Positions 19,680 to 30,234 of a stretch of 64,000 bases of DNA are shown here, piece by piece. The first letter of the stretch is position 1, and each line of letters starts with the position of its first letter. The notes beneath the pieces were generated by a model. It was given only the letters and a program-made list of their open reading frames with translations, did not search any database and was not told the origin of the DNA. The stretch spans positions 3,648,001-3,712,000 of the forward strand of contig OZ251539.1 of assembly GCA_965243135.1 (NCBI GenBank), written 5' to 3'. The DNA is from Alphaproteobacteria bacterium (GTDB lineage: Bacteria; Pseudomonadota; Alphaproteobacteria; MPNO01; UBA830). Both the position numbers and the translations under genes were made by a program.

Positions 19680-21563
19680 TCACCTGCCGCAAGGAAAGGG
19701 GCGGTATTCGGGAACCAGGCGGCGCAACGCCTCCATCGCCGCCGTTCGGTCGGAGATCGGGATCGCCTTGGTAAGGGCCTCGATGCCGCGATCGATTTCC
19801 GCGTCGTCTCCGGTTCGGGGCGACACCAGAAGAATGTCGGGATACTCGGTGGCGGCCGGCTCTTCGTTCTCGTAAAACGGCTCTTCGAAGAGCTTTTCGC
19901 CGGTTCGCGCGCCCTTGAACACGATGTCGACATCCGCCCCGGGCCGAAGTCCGGCGAGGTGGATCATCTGTTTCGCGAGGTCCACGATTTTGACCGGCTG
20001 GCCCATGTTCAGGACGAATATCCCGCCGCGGCGGCGAAGTCCGAGCATGGAGGCCTGAAGCACAAGCGTGACGGCTTCGCCGACGGTCATGAAATACCTT
20101 TGCATTTCGGGGTCGGTCACCGTCACCGGCCCGCCGTCGGCGATCTGCCGCTCGAAGAGCGGAACCACCGAACCGGACGACCCCAGGACGTTTCCGAAAC
20201 GGACCGAGAGGAACCGGGTGCCCGTCTCTTCGCGAGCCGATCTCGAGACGCAGCAAAGCTCCGCCAGCCGTTTGGTCGCGCCCATTACGCTGGCGGGATT
20301 CACGGCCTTGTCGGTGGAGATCAGCACCATGGTGCCGGCTCCGGCTTCGGCGCATGCGTCCATGACGTTCAGGGTGCCGAGCACGTTGGTCGCGATGCCT
20401 TCCAGCGGATTCGTTTCCACGATGGCGACATGCTTCAGGGCCGCGGCGTGAAACACCAGCTCGGGCCGGGCGTCCAAGAACAGGCGCAGGATGCGGTCGC
20501 GGTCGCGGACATCGGCGAGCACCGGCGACAGCGCCAGCGCGGGATGTTTTTCTCGCGACTCCAGTTCGATCTCGTACAGGTTGGCTTCCGAAGAGTCGAC
20601 GAGCGTCAACTCGGCAGGGCCGAGCGCCGCGATCTGACGCACGAGCTCGCTGCCGATGCTCCCGCCGGCGCCGGTAATCAGCACGCGCCGGCGCCGCACC
20701 ATGGTTTGGGCGGCTTCGCGATCGAACGGAACTTGCGGACGGCCCAGCAAATCCGCGACCGACAGTTGCCGCACCGTCGTCGCGTCGACATTCCGGAATT
20801 CCGTAAGCCGCGGCAGGCGCGCCAAAGTCATGCCCAGTTGCGTCGCGTCGTCGAGAAGTCTTCGAACCGCCGTTCCGCCTTCGGATTCCCCGGCCAGAAT
20901 CAGTTTTTGCGGGCGGTCCTTGCGGGCGAGCCGCGAGCAGACCGCGACCAGGTCGTCGGGCGCGCCGAGTACGGGAGTGCCGTGAATCCGATGGCCTGAC
21001 CTTTTCCGGTTCGCGGAGAGGATGCCGACGACCCTGAAGGGGCGCTGCGGTTCGCGTTGCAGCGCGCGAATGAACAGTTCCGCGCCGGCGCTGGCGCCCA
21101 CGAGGAGCACCGGCACCTCGCCAACGCGATTCTTCCGGTGCAGATCGAGCCGCCGATCCTTGAGAAGACGATAGAACACCCGCGGGCTCGCCAGCAAAAA
21201 CACCAGAGTCAGCCAGCTGATTACCGGCACCGACCGCGGCACCTCCTCCAGGCGCGTCCAAAGGAACATGACGGCCGTGAAGACAAGAACCGTGATCGTC
21301 GCCGATCTGACGATAGCCAGCATGTCGTCGATCGACGCGTACCTCCACATGCCCCGATTGAGCCGGTTGATCAGGAACGCGACCGCCGCGACGCCGGTAA
21401 ACGCCGCCACGGCCGTAATCAGCATGATTGGCGGCAAATGCGTCAACCATTCGTCGCCGAGTCGAAGGTAAAGCGCCAGCAGCAACGCCGCGGCAGCCAT
21501 TATGCAATCATGGACGAACCCGAGCCGCGCTCGCGCGGAGAGACCCAAGAATCTGAACAGCAT
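19680..21563 (-). CDS. CapD/PglF-like nucleoside-diphosphate sugar dehydratase
   Basis: N-terminal TM region, DLLGR, TGAGGSIGSEL, FHAAALKHV, ISTDKAVNP, VRFGNVLGSSGSVVP. The catalytic YxxxK position reads MGATK, as is usual in this subfamily. Confidence 0.92.
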   Translation of the reverse strand: MLFRFLGLSARARLGFVHDCIMAAAALLLALYLRLGDEWLTHLPPIMLITAVAAFTGVAAVAFLINRLNRGMWRYASIDDMLAIVRSATITVLVFTAVMFLWTRLEEVPRSVPVISWLTLVFLLASPRVFYRLLKDRRLDLHRKNRVGEVPVLLVGASAGAELFIRALQREPQRPFRVVGILSANRKRSGHRIHGTPVLGAPDDLVAVCSRLARKDRPQKLILAGESEGGTAVRRLLDDATQLGMTLARLPRLTEFRNVDATTVRQLSVADLLGRPQVPFDREAAQTMVRRRRVLITGAGGSIGSELVRQIAALGPAELTLVDSSEANLYEIELESREKHPALALSPVLADVRDRDRILRLFLDARPELVFHAAALKHVAIVETNPLEGIATNVLGTLNVMDACAEAGAGTMVLISTDKAVNPASVMGATKRLAELCCVSRSAREETGTRFLSVRFGNVLGSSGSVVPLFERQIADGGPVTVTDPEMQRYFMTVGEAVTLVLQASMLGLRRRGGIFVLNMGQPVKIVDLAKQMIHLAGLRPGADVDIVFKGARTGEKLFEEPFYENEEPAATEYPDILLVSPRTGDDAEIDRGIEALTKAIPISDRTAAMEALRRLVPEYRPFPCGR

Positions 21564-21827
21564 GCGGCCTTCCGGCGAAGTGAGGCCGCGACCGCGCTGC
21601 AAGCGTCACCGCGAGACCGAACGTCCAGACGTTCTTCCCAGAGTCCAGTTTCGCTCGCGAAAGGCCGCGAATATCGTTGGATCTATATCTTAACTCACCG
21701 CGATTCTTCAACGCCGCCCGAACGGGGGCGCTTGCGCCGCGCCGTTTTCATGTCGATCGCCCGTCGACAGCCTTTCTCGGAGGCGGTTGCCGAAACGCGC
21801 GGACGGGGCCTCGTCCGGCTCCCGGCT

Positions 21828-23360
21828 TCAGACGGTCTCGAACTCGAACCCGACGATGTTGCGTTCTTCCCGGCCGAACTCCACCCCGATCAGGTGGACC
21901 GGCACGTCCGAACGCCGGTACTTGTCCGCGTAGCCGCGCTCCCGAATCTGCGCCAGCGCCCGCCCCTTCCCGTCCGCGACCTTGAATTCGAACAGGTAGA
22001 CGTTGCCGTTGTACAGGACCGCGAGGTCCGAGCGGCCGCGCGCCGTGCTCTCCTCCGCGCGGACGTCCATCCCCGCGGCCACGAAGTGCGAATAGAACAC
22101 GCTCGCGTAGTGCGCCCCCGCCATGCCCGTGTTCGCGTACCACTCGTTCGGGATGCTCGCCAGGAACGCCCGGAACAGATTCTCAAGGCCCGCGAAGTCG
22201 TTCGCCCGCATCAGGCGGCGCAACTCCCGGCTCTCCGCCGCGACCGCGACGTCGGGCGCCATCGCCCTCAGCAGAAGCGCGTTCAGGCTGCGCTTCACCT
22301 CCTGGTTCGGGTAGTCCAGCTGGTAGAAGCGCGTGTCCTCGTCCTGCTCCTCGCCGACGATGGTCAGGTAACCGGTCTGGAACAGCAGCGTCTCGACGGG
22401 AATGCTGTCGACGTCGATGGCCGACAGCAGCGCGTCGTCCGCAACCAAGCTCTCCAGGGCCGGCGGCGCGAACCGGCGCCGCGACAGAAGGTCGACGAGA
22501 AAGGTCGGCGTGCCGGTCTCGAACCAGTGCGCCTCGAACTGGCGACGCCGGAAAAGCAGCAGAATGTCGTGCGGGTTGTAGACCTTGTCCGCGCCGCGCC
22601 AGTTGTAGCCGTTGTACCAGCGCTGAACTTCCTTCCGGTCCAGGCCCTCGAGTTCCGGGGCGAAGACCGCGTCCAGTTCCGCGTCCGTGTAGCCGCAAAT
22701 GGCCGAGAACTCCGGCTCCAGCGTGATGTCGATCAGGTTGTTCAGGCCCGAGAACAGACCCGCCTGCGAGAACTTGCTAACTCCCGTCAGAAAAACGAGA
22801 CGGAGATGCCTGTCGCAGTCCTTGATCGCCCCGTACAGGCTGCGCAGGAAGTCGCGGTTGGCCCGCGCCAATTCCCGGTCGCCGAGCGCGTCCAGGACCG
22901 GCTTGTCGTATTCGTCCACCAGTACGACCGCCCGCTGCCCGGTGCGCTCGTGCAGGGCCTCGATCAATTCCCCGAAACGGTTCGACGCCTCGACGGGATC
23001 CGGTTCGAGGCCGGCGCGCCTCTCCGCCGCCGCCAGCTGCCTTTCCACGGTTATCCGAACCCCGTCCGGGACGACGAAATTGCCCCTGCTGAAACTGATC
23101 CGCACGACCGGACGGCGCGCCGACCAGTCCCACCCGCCGTGCACGGCGAGGCCCCGGAACAGCTCCTCGCTGCCCTCGAACAGTTCCTGCAGCGTGTCCA
23201 CCAGAAGGGTCTTGCCGAACCGGCGCGGACGCGACAGGAAATAGTACTTGCCCCTCTCGACGAGGCGGCGCACATGGTCCGTCTTGTCGACGTAGTAGCA
23301 GTCCATCCCCCGGATCTCCCGGAGGGAGGAAAAGCCGATCGGAAGCATGCGTTTCGCCAT
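21828..23360 (-). CDS. AAA-ATPase-like + PD-(D/E)XK nuclease, copy 2
   Basis: LSRPRRFGKT, VDEYDKP, GRSDLAV..YLFEFK..RGYADKY; intact; promoter TTGACG(23395-23390)-N17-TACTCT. Confidence 0.9.
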   Translation of the reverse strand: MAKRMLPIGFSSLREIRGMDCYYVDKTDHVRRLVERGKYYFLSRPRRFGKTLLVDTLQELFEGSEELFRGLAVHGGWDWSARRPVVRISFSRGNFVVPDGVRITVERQLAAAERRAGLEPDPVEASNRFGELIEALHERTGQRAVVLVDEYDKPVLDALGDRELARANRDFLRSLYGAIKDCDRHLRLVFLTGVSKFSQAGLFSGLNNLIDITLEPEFSAICGYTDAELDAVFAPELEGLDRKEVQRWYNGYNWRGADKVYNPHDILLLFRRRQFEAHWFETGTPTFLVDLLSRRRFAPPALESLVADDALLSAIDVDSIPVETLLFQTGYLTIVGEEQDEDTRFYQLDYPNQEVKRSLNALLLRAMAPDVAVAAESRELRRLMRANDFAGLENLFRAFLASIPNEWYANTGMAGAHYASVFYSHFVAAGMDVRAEESTARGRSDLAVLYNGNVYLFEFKVADGKGRALAQIRERGYADKYRRSDVPVHLIGVEFGREERNIVGFEFETV

Positions 23361-23630
23361 CCGAAGAGAGTAGGCCGCCGCGCCGGAGCCGTCAAGGAGG
23401 AGGCGTTTGCGCTGCGCCGTTTTTGGCCGGTTGTCGTCCGTTCGACGCCCCGCGAGGCCGCCCGTCGGCAGGTCGGCACGCGCAGGCGGGCGGCGGCGAA
23501 GCAGGACCGTTGCTCCGGCGCCGCACGGCAAACTCGGGGCGAACCAGGCCATGCGGTCGCGGCGCGGGCTGGGGCGGAATCTGCGAAAACGGCGTTCTCG
23601 GCGTGGAAAATTCGCAGTTTTCCACGCCCG
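23361..23630 (-). repeat. About 270-bp leader repeat, paired with 25406-25680
   Basis: Nearly identical non-coding DNA upstream of copies 2 and 3, containing the promoter, conserved motif and palindrome. Confidence 0.9.
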
Positions 23631-23866
23631 AAGCGAGGCAATTCTCCGCCATGCTGTCGGCGTTTCAGGACGTCGGGAACGGCGCGGGAGAGCCTGCAGG
23701 CGGACGCCGCTGCCGGGCCGGGTTCCCGCCCGCCCCCTTGGCGGCGCGTGCAGTCAAGCCGCCGGCGCGCAAGGCGGCGACCCGGCCGCCGTCTTCGACG
23801 AAGCGCAAACCGAACTTGCGTCGCGGGCGGCGTTCTTTCGCGGAGGCGGCCGTGTCGGGAAGCCGT

Positions 23867-25405
23867 TCAGGCGGCCTCGCAATCGAAGCCGACGACGTTG
23901 CGCTCCTCGCGGCTGAACTCCACCCCGATCAGGTGGACCGAATGTCCGAGACGGCGATACTTGTCCGCGTAGCCCTTCTCACGCAACTGCGCGATCGCGG
24001 TCCCCTCCCGCCCGCGCTCCACCACCTTGAACTCGAACAGGTAGACGCGCCCGCCGGCGCGGATCGCCATGTCGGCGCGCCCCAGGCTGCCGCTGTCCTC
24101 GGCAATCGGCTCGAGGCCCTCCATCAGGAAGCAACTGTGGATGACGCTCGCGTAGTGGGCCTCGTACTTCGCGACAGGGCTGTTCATGTACCACTGGTGC
24201 GGGATGGCGGCGAAGACGCCGCGGAACAGGGTCCCGAGGCGCTCGAAGTCGTTCGCCTCCAGCAGTTCGCCCAGCCGCAGGCGCTTCGTCTTCTTGCGCG
24301 CCTCGACCGGGAGCAGTTCTCCCAGCAGGGCCTCGCCCAGGCTCCGGCGCACCTCGAGGTTCGGATAGTCCAACCGGTAGTGCCCGTCCTCCTCGCCGAC
24401 GATGGTGAGGTAGCCGGTCTGGAACAGAAGCGCTTCGATCGAGATATCGTCCACGTCGAAGGTCGAGAGCAGGCTCTCGCTGCCGATCATGCCGTCCAGG
24501 TCGGGAGTGGGCAGGTCGCGGCGCGTCAGCGTCTCGACCAGGAAGGTCGGCGTGCCGCTCTGGAACCAGTAGTTGCCGAACCTGCGCTCGGCGAGCAGCA
24601 GCAGAATGCCGAACGGGTTGTAGAGCTTCTCCGGCCCGCGCCAGTTGTAGCCGTTGTACCAGCGGCGGATCTCGTCCCGGTCCAGGCCCTCGAGTTCCGG
24701 GGCGAAGACCGCGTCCAGCTCGTCGTCCGTGTAGCCGCAGATGTCCGAGAACTGCGGCGCCAGCGTGATGTCGCGGAGGTTGTTCAGGCCCGAGAACAGG
24801 CCCGCCTGCGAAAACTTGCTCACCCCCGTCAGGAAAACGAAACGGAGATGCCTGTCGCAGGCCTTGATCACTCCGTACAGGCTGCGCAGGAAGCTGCGGT
24901 TGGCCAGCGCCAGATCCCGGTCGCCGAGCGCGTCCAGGATCGGCTTGTCGTATTCGTCCACCAGCACGACCGTCCGCTGTCCGGTGCGCTCGTGCAGCGT
25001 CCTTATCAGGCGCCGGAAACGGACCGCCGCCCCGGCGGGACCCGGTTCGAGGCCGGCCTGCATCTCCGTCTCTTCCAGCTGCGCTTCTACGGTTTCCCGA
25101 ACCCCGTCCGGAGTGTCGAAATCGCCCACGCCGCTGAAATCCAGCCGCACGACTGGATGGCGCGCCGACCAGTCCCACTTGCCGTGCACGGCGAGGCCTC
25201 GGAACAGCTCCTCGCTTCCCTCGAACAGCTCCTGCAGCGTGTCCACCAGCAGGGTCTTGCCGAACCGGCGCGGCCGCGACAGGAAGTAGTAATCTCCTCC
25301 TTCGACGAGGCGGCGCAGATGGTCCGTCTTGTCGACGTAGTAGCAGTCTCTCGTCCGGATTTTCCGGAGGGAGGTCAAGCCGATCGGAAGCATGCGTTTC
25401 GCCAT
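23867..25405 (-). CDS. AAA-ATPase-like + PD-(D/E)XK nuclease, copy 3
   Basis: Same motifs as copy 2; intact; C-terminal half very similar to copy 1; promoter TTGACG(25440-25435)-N17-TACTCT. Confidence 0.9.
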   Translation of the reverse strand: MAKRMLPIGLTSLRKIRTRDCYYVDKTDHLRRLVEGGDYYFLSRPRRFGKTLLVDTLQELFEGSEELFRGLAVHGKWDWSARHPVVRLDFSGVGDFDTPDGVRETVEAQLEETEMQAGLEPGPAGAAVRFRRLIRTLHERTGQRTVVLVDEYDKPILDALGDRDLALANRSFLRSLYGVIKACDRHLRFVFLTGVSKFSQAGLFSGLNNLRDITLAPQFSDICGYTDDELDAVFAPELEGLDRDEIRRWYNGYNWRGPEKLYNPFGILLLLAERRFGNYWFQSGTPTFLVETLTRRDLPTPDLDGMIGSESLLSTFDVDDISIEALLFQTGYLTIVGEEDGHYRLDYPNLEVRRSLGEALLGELLPVEARKKTKRLRLGELLEANDFERLGTLFRGVFAAIPHQWYMNSPVAKYEAHYASVIHSCFLMEGLEPIAEDSGSLGRADMAIRAGGRVYLFEFKVVERGREGTAIAQLREKGYADKYRRLGHSVHLIGVEFSREERNVVGFDCEAA

Positions 25406-25680
25406 CGTAAGAGAGTAGGCCGCCGAGCCGGAGCCGTCAAGGAAGGGGCGCTTGGAGGCGTTTGCGCTGCACCGTTTTTTGCCGGCTGCCGTCCGTTCGA
25501 CGCCTCGCGAGGCCGCCTGTCGGCAGGTCGGCACGCGCAGGCGGGCGTCGGCGGAGCAGGACCGTTGCTCCGGCGCCGTGCGGCAAACTCGGGGCGAACC
25601 AGGCCATGCGGTCGCAGAGCGGGCTGGGATCTGCGAAAACGGCGTTCTCGGCGTAGAAAATTCGCAGTTTCCCACGCCCG
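25406..25680 (-). repeat. Leader repeat, second copy
   Basis: Direct repeat of 23361-23630. Confidence 0.9.
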
Positions 25681-25882
25681 AGCATGAAAATTCCGCGCCC
25701 CTGAAAGCTGTCCGCATTCCAAGACGTTACGAACAGCGCACGCGGCTTTATTTCAAGACCTCGAGAGCAGCGCAAGAAGCTCGAACGGACATTCGATCAG
25801 GCCCCCCGGGAAAGACCGGCACCGACGAATTCCGGGGAACGAATCCGATGTCGCAATTTCCGGAGATGGGTTACAATGCGTC

Positions 25883-27148
25883 ATGGACCGCCTCGATTTA
25901 CCTGCATCGCGTCGCGCCCGCGCCGCCTGGTGTTTTTTCGACTGGGCGAACTCGGCGTTTCCGACGGTGATCATCACCTTCGTGTTCTCGGTGTATTTCG
26001 TCGGCGCGATCGCGCAGGACAAGATCTCGGGAACCGCCCAGTGGGGTTACGCGATTGCGTTTTCGGGCATCGCGATCGCGCTGCTAAGTCCGGTTCTGGG
26101 CTCCGTCGCCGACCGCGCCGGGCGGCGAAAACCGTGGCTCGCGGCGTGTTCGGCCCTAACCATCGTCTGTTCGGTCCTCCTGTGGTTCGCCTACCCGGAT
26201 CCCGGATACGCGCTGTTCGCCCTGGTGGTTCTGGCGATCGCGAACGTGGGGTTCGAAGTCGGCCAGGTCTTCTACAACGCAATGCTTCCCGGCCTCGTTC
26301 CGCGGGAGGCGATCGGGCGCTTATCCGGATGGGGCTGGGGACTCGGGTATGCCGGCGGTCTCTGCAGTCTGGCGGTCCTGCTCGTCTTCTTCATCCAGGC
26401 GGATCCGCCGCCCTTCGGGCTGTCTCCCGAGGCGCACGAGCATATCCGCGTCATCGGTCCGTTCGTGGCCCTGTGGTTCGCGCTATTTTGCATTCCGCTG
26501 TTCGCGCTGGTTCCCGATGCGCCCTCCAGGCAGTCGGGCGCGCGGCAAGCGGTGCGGGAAGGACTGGCGACGCTCGTTTCCACGATTCGGAGCGTGCGCC
26601 GTTACCGCGACATCGCGTGGTTCCTCTGCGCGCGGTTGTTCTACGTCGACGGCATGAACACCATGTTCGCCTTCGGCGCGGTGTATGCGACCCAGACGTT
26701 CGGCATGAGCACAGAGGAAGTGATCCAGTTCGCGATCGTCATGAACGTCGCGGCGGGACTTGGCGCCGCCGCGTTCGGATGGATCGACGACCTGCTGGGT
26801 TCGAAGCGGACGATCACGCTCGCGCTGCTGGGGTTGATCGGGTTCGGCGTTCCGCTCCTGATTGTCGAGACGAAGCTCTGGTTCTGGATAATCGCCGTTC
26901 CGATGGGTCTGTTCATGGGGCCGGCCCAAGCGGCGAGCCGGTCGTTCATGGCGCATCTGGCTCCGCCCGAATACCGCAACGAAATGTTCGGGTTGTTCGC
27001 GTTTTCGGGCCGGGCGACGGCCTACGTCGGTCCGTTCGTTCTCGCCACGGTGACCCTGATGGCCGAATCACAGCGCGCAGGCATGGCGACCATCGTCGTC
27101 TTTCTCGCGGTCGGCCTTGCGATCCTCGTTCTGAAGGTGCGCCGCTGA
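25883..27148 (+). CDS. MFS transporter (UMF1/Atg22-like)
   Basis: AWCFFDWANSAF, VFYNAMLP, GWGLGYAGG, multiple hydrophobic segments. Confidence 0.88.
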   Translation: MDRLDLPASRRARAAWCFFDWANSAFPTVIITFVFSVYFVGAIAQDKISGTAQWGYAIAFSGIAIALLSPVLGSVADRAGRRKPWLAACSALTIVCSVLLWFAYPDPGYALFALVVLAIANVGFEVGQVFYNAMLPGLVPREAIGRLSGWGWGLGYAGGLCSLAVLLVFFIQADPPPFGLSPEAHEHIRVIGPFVALWFALFCIPLFALVPDAPSRQSGARQAVREGLATLVSTIRSVRRYRDIAWFLCARLFYVDGMNTMFAFGAVYATQTFGMSTEEVIQFAIVMNVAAGLGAAAFGWIDDLLGSKRTITLALLGLIGFGVPLLIVETKLWFWIIAVPMGLFMGPAQAASRSFMAHLAPPEYRNEMFGLFAFSGRATAYVGPFVLATVTLMAESQRAGMATIVVFLAVGLAILVLKVRR

Positions 27149-27155
27149 CCGCGAT

Positions 27156-28697
27156 TCAATGCCGGAAGTGCCGCATCCCGGTGAAGACCATCGCGAGGTT
27201 GCGCTCGTCCGCGGCGGCGATCACTTCGGCGTCCCGGATCGAGCCACCTGGCTGAATCACCGCCGTGACGCCGGTCGCCGCCGCCGCAATCAGCCCGTCG
27301 GCGAAAGGAAAGAACGCGTCCGACGCGACGACCGTTCCCGGCGCGCTTTCCGCACGCTTTTCCGCGGCGATGCGCGCCGCGTCGACGCGGCTAGGCTGTC
27401 CGGCTCCGATCCCGACGGTCGCGCCGTCTCTCGCGAGGACGACAGCGTTGGATTTGACATGCTTCGTGACCGCGAACGCGAACAGCAGATCTGCGGTTTC
27501 GGCTTCGGTCGGCACCCGCGCCGTCACGGTCCGGAGGTCGCCAGCGGCGACGCGGCCGGCATCGCGGCTCTGGAGCAGGATTCCGCCGGACAGGGTTTTC
27601 GCAGTCATTCCCGACGCGCGCGGATCCGGCATGCCGCCGGTCTCCAGGACGCGCAGCCTGCTCTTCGCGGCGAGGATTTCCCGCGCGGCGTTCTCGACTT
27701 CCGGCGCGACGACAGCCTCCAGGAAGATTTCGATCAGCGCCCGCGCGAGCGCCGCGTCGAGCGTCCGGTTGACGGCGACGACCCCCCCGAAGGCGCTAAC
27801 CGGATCGCACGCGAGCGCCCTGGTCCAGGCTTCCTCGAGAGTCGCGGCGCAGGCGACGCCGCAGGGATTGGCATGCTTCACGATGACCGCGGCGGGCCGT
27901 TCGAACTCCGCGGCGAGTTCGAACGCGGCGTCGGCGTCGTTCAGATTGTTGTACGAGAGTTCTCCGCCCTGGATCGCGGTTGCGACGGCGACGCCCGGCC
28001 GGGAATCGCCGGTCGCGTAGAATGCCGATTTCTGATGCGGGTTTTCGCCGTAGCGAAGGATTCGTCGGCGCGTCGCGGGCAGAGAGAAACGGCGCGGAAA
28101 AACGTCGTCGCCGCGTTCCGAGAAATACCGGGCGATCGCCGCGTCGTAGGCGGCGGTTCGGGCGAACGCGACGCCCGCGAGGCGCCGTCGGAGTTCAGGC
28201 CCGATTCCGCCGCCGTTCAGGGCATCGGCGACCGCGCCGTAGTCTTCCGGATCCGTCAGGACGGCGACGCTTTCGTGGTTCTTCGCCGCGGCTCGGAGCA
28301 TGGCGGGTCCGCCGATGTCGACGTTTTCGATGCACTCGTCGAAACCGCCGCCCGCCGCGACGGTCGCCTCGAAGGGATAGAGGTTCACCACCACCAGATC
28401 GATGGGAAGGATGCCGTTGTCCCGCATAGCGCGAAGATGGGCCTCGTCGTCCCGGCGCGCGAGAATCCCGCCGTGTATTGCCGGGTGCAGGGTCTTGACG
28501 CGGCCGTCCATGATTTCCGGAAAGCCGGTGCGGTCGCCGACCTCGGTCACGGCGATTCCGGCGTCGCGCAAGGCTCTTGCGGTGCCGCCGGTGGAGAGGA
28601 TTTCGACGTTGCGGTCGGCCAAGCAGCGGGCGAGGCCGATCAGGCCGGTCTTGTCCGACACCGAAATCAGGGCGCGGGCGGGGATCAGGGCGGTCAC
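27156..28697 (-). CDS. purH: Bifunctional AICAR transformylase/IMP cyclohydrolase
   Basis: [48 protein letters not shown]. Confidence 0.98.
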   Translation of the reverse strand: MTALIPARALISVSDKTGLIGLARCLADRNVEILSTGGTARALRDAGIAVTEVGDRTGFPEIMDGRVKTLHPAIHGGILARRDDEAHLRAMRDNGILPIDLVVVNLYPFEATVAAGGGFDECIENVDIGGPAMLRAAAKNHESVAVLTDPEDYGAVADALNGGGIGPELRRRLAGVAFARTAAYDAAIARYFSERGDDVFPRRFSLPATRRRILRYGENPHQKSAFYATGDSRPGVAVATAIQGGELSYNNLNDADAAFELAAEFERPAAVIVKHANPCGVACAATLEEAWTRALACDPVSAFGGVVAVNRTLDAALARALIEIFLEAVVAPEVENAAREILAAKSRLRVLETGGMPDPRASGMTAKTLSGGILLQSRDAGRVAAGDLRTVTARVPTEAETADLLFAFAVTKHVKSNAVVLARDGATVGIGAGQPSRVDAARIAAEKRAESAPGTVVASDAFFPFADGLIAAAATGVTAVIQPGGSIRDAEVIAAADERNLAMVFTGMRHFRH

Positions 28698-28882
28698 GGG
28701 GCGTTCTCCGAATCTGTCGGCCAGCGGATTCCAAGCCGTCGCCCAACAACCCGGATATCGGGATTAGTCGCCGAAATCGCTCGATCGGGATACGAGCATC
28801 GACATGCGAGCAATCGGTTCCGGGCACCTGCGAGGGACGCTCGGGGCGATGCGCCGGTCGATTCGGCTCTGTCGGGCATTCG

Positions 28883-29782
28883 TCAGGTCCGCCGAGACCG
28901 GCGCATGGAAACTGATGCCGCCTTCAACCCGAACCGAATCAGCGTGGCAATGGCGACGGGGAGGAACCATGGGCCGAAAAAATGCCTCCGGAAATAGCGC
29001 AGAAAACCTCGCGTCTTGCACCATTCCACCCATACCGGATTGGCGCTGCTAGTGCCTCCATGGTGAATGGCCGTCACATGCGGCGTGAAATAGACCGGGA
29101 TTCCAACCCGATGCAACCGCAGGCAAAAATCCAGATCGTCCACATGCAGAAAATAACCTTCGTCCATCCCGCTCACAGATCGATAGGTGCTTGTCGGCAA
29201 CATCATGCACGCTCCGCTGATGACAGGCACGCGAGTGGTCCGTTCGGGAAGCGGTTCCCGGTGAAGATTGAGAGGACGGAACGGCGCGAATCTATCCAAC
29301 CGCAACGCTTCCACAAGGGCGGTGCGAGGCGTCAGAAAAGCGCGCCGCGTTGCGCGTTGCTCGCGCCCGGCCGCATCGGTCAAGCGGCACCCGAGTAGCC
29401 AGTCGTCGCCAAGCGTCGACGCTTCGGTCAGTAGCGAGGGAACTGCCGACGGCGCAAGGCGACAGTCAGGATTCAGCAACAAGAGATAGCGACTTTTGCT
29501 CTCTGCAGCACCGATATTGCAGCCGCGTGCGAACCCGACGTTGCCCTGACCGGAAACAATCTTCAGCCTTGGTTCTACGGCTGACATCCGTGTCAACGCA
29601 GCGGCCACCGAATCCGGATTGCCATTGTTAACTAGAATGACCTCGTCCACGCCCCGTTGATTGGCGGCGAGCACGGCTTCAATGGACTCGAACAACACCG
29701 GCCCCGTCTGGTACGAGACCATGACGACGCCTACTCCCTCCGCCTGCGCACGGTGCGCACTTGTCGGCTCGCTTGGCAGCAT
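28883..29782 (-). CDS. GT2 family glycosyltransferase
   Basis: VILVNNG, NVGFARGCNIG, LLLNPD, GMDEGYFLHVDDLDFC. Confidence 0.9.
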   Translation of the reverse strand: MLPSEPTSAHRAQAEGVGVVMVSYQTGPVLFESIEAVLAANQRGVDEVILVNNGNPDSVAAALTRMSAVEPRLKIVSGQGNVGFARGCNIGAAESKSRYLLLLNPDCRLAPSAVPSLLTEASTLGDDWLLGCRLTDAAGREQRATRRAFLTPRTALVEALRLDRFAPFRPLNLHREPLPERTTRVPVISGACMMLPTSTYRSVSGMDEGYFLHVDDLDFCLRLHRVGIPVYFTPHVTAIHHGGTSSANPVWVEWCKTRGFLRYFRRHFFGPWFLPVAIATLIRFGLKAASVSMRRSRRT

Positions 29783-29929
29783 TACTGCAACAGGTTACAT
29801 GTCGGCAACGGTGTCTCCCCGACACGTCTGCCGCAAATGTCGGCCGCTTGGCAGAAATAGCGGCCGAACCCATGCCATAGCTGCGTACTCTCTCGTAAGG
29901 GCACTCGCCAAAATAGACCCTTTATTTTG

Positions 29930-30140
29930 GCGAAAAACGATAATCCCACTCTTTCGGCCAGTTGCGCGCCTGCTTCGCGAGCCGGACGACAATTTACACC
30001 GCGAGACCGCACAGGGCCCGTTCGGCAAGATTGTTGTCCATCGGCACGGCTGTTTCATATACTTCCAAACCTTCGCAGCGACGCGACAGGGACTACAGCG
30101 GCCTGCGCTGCAGCGCATCGCAGGGCGGGGATTTGTTGCC
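29930..30140 (-). mobile_element. IS66-family transposase C-terminal remnant
   Basis: EGLEVY..VPMDNNLAERAL, then EAGAQLAE; disrupted. Confidence 0.6.
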
Positions 30141-30234
30141 GTGCCTGCCGAAGAATGTTTTAATATCGTTCTCAAGATTCTGTTGCACCTCGTCCCTTTC
30201 CAATTTTATTATTACCGCATTTTAGAAAATCGGT

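Noticed and set aside
21057-25687. Long plus-strand ORFs (971 aa, 754 aa)
   Set aside because: Antisense shadows of GC-rich real genes; the same applies to 36618-39527, 41878-44370, 27159-28997 and similar ORFs.
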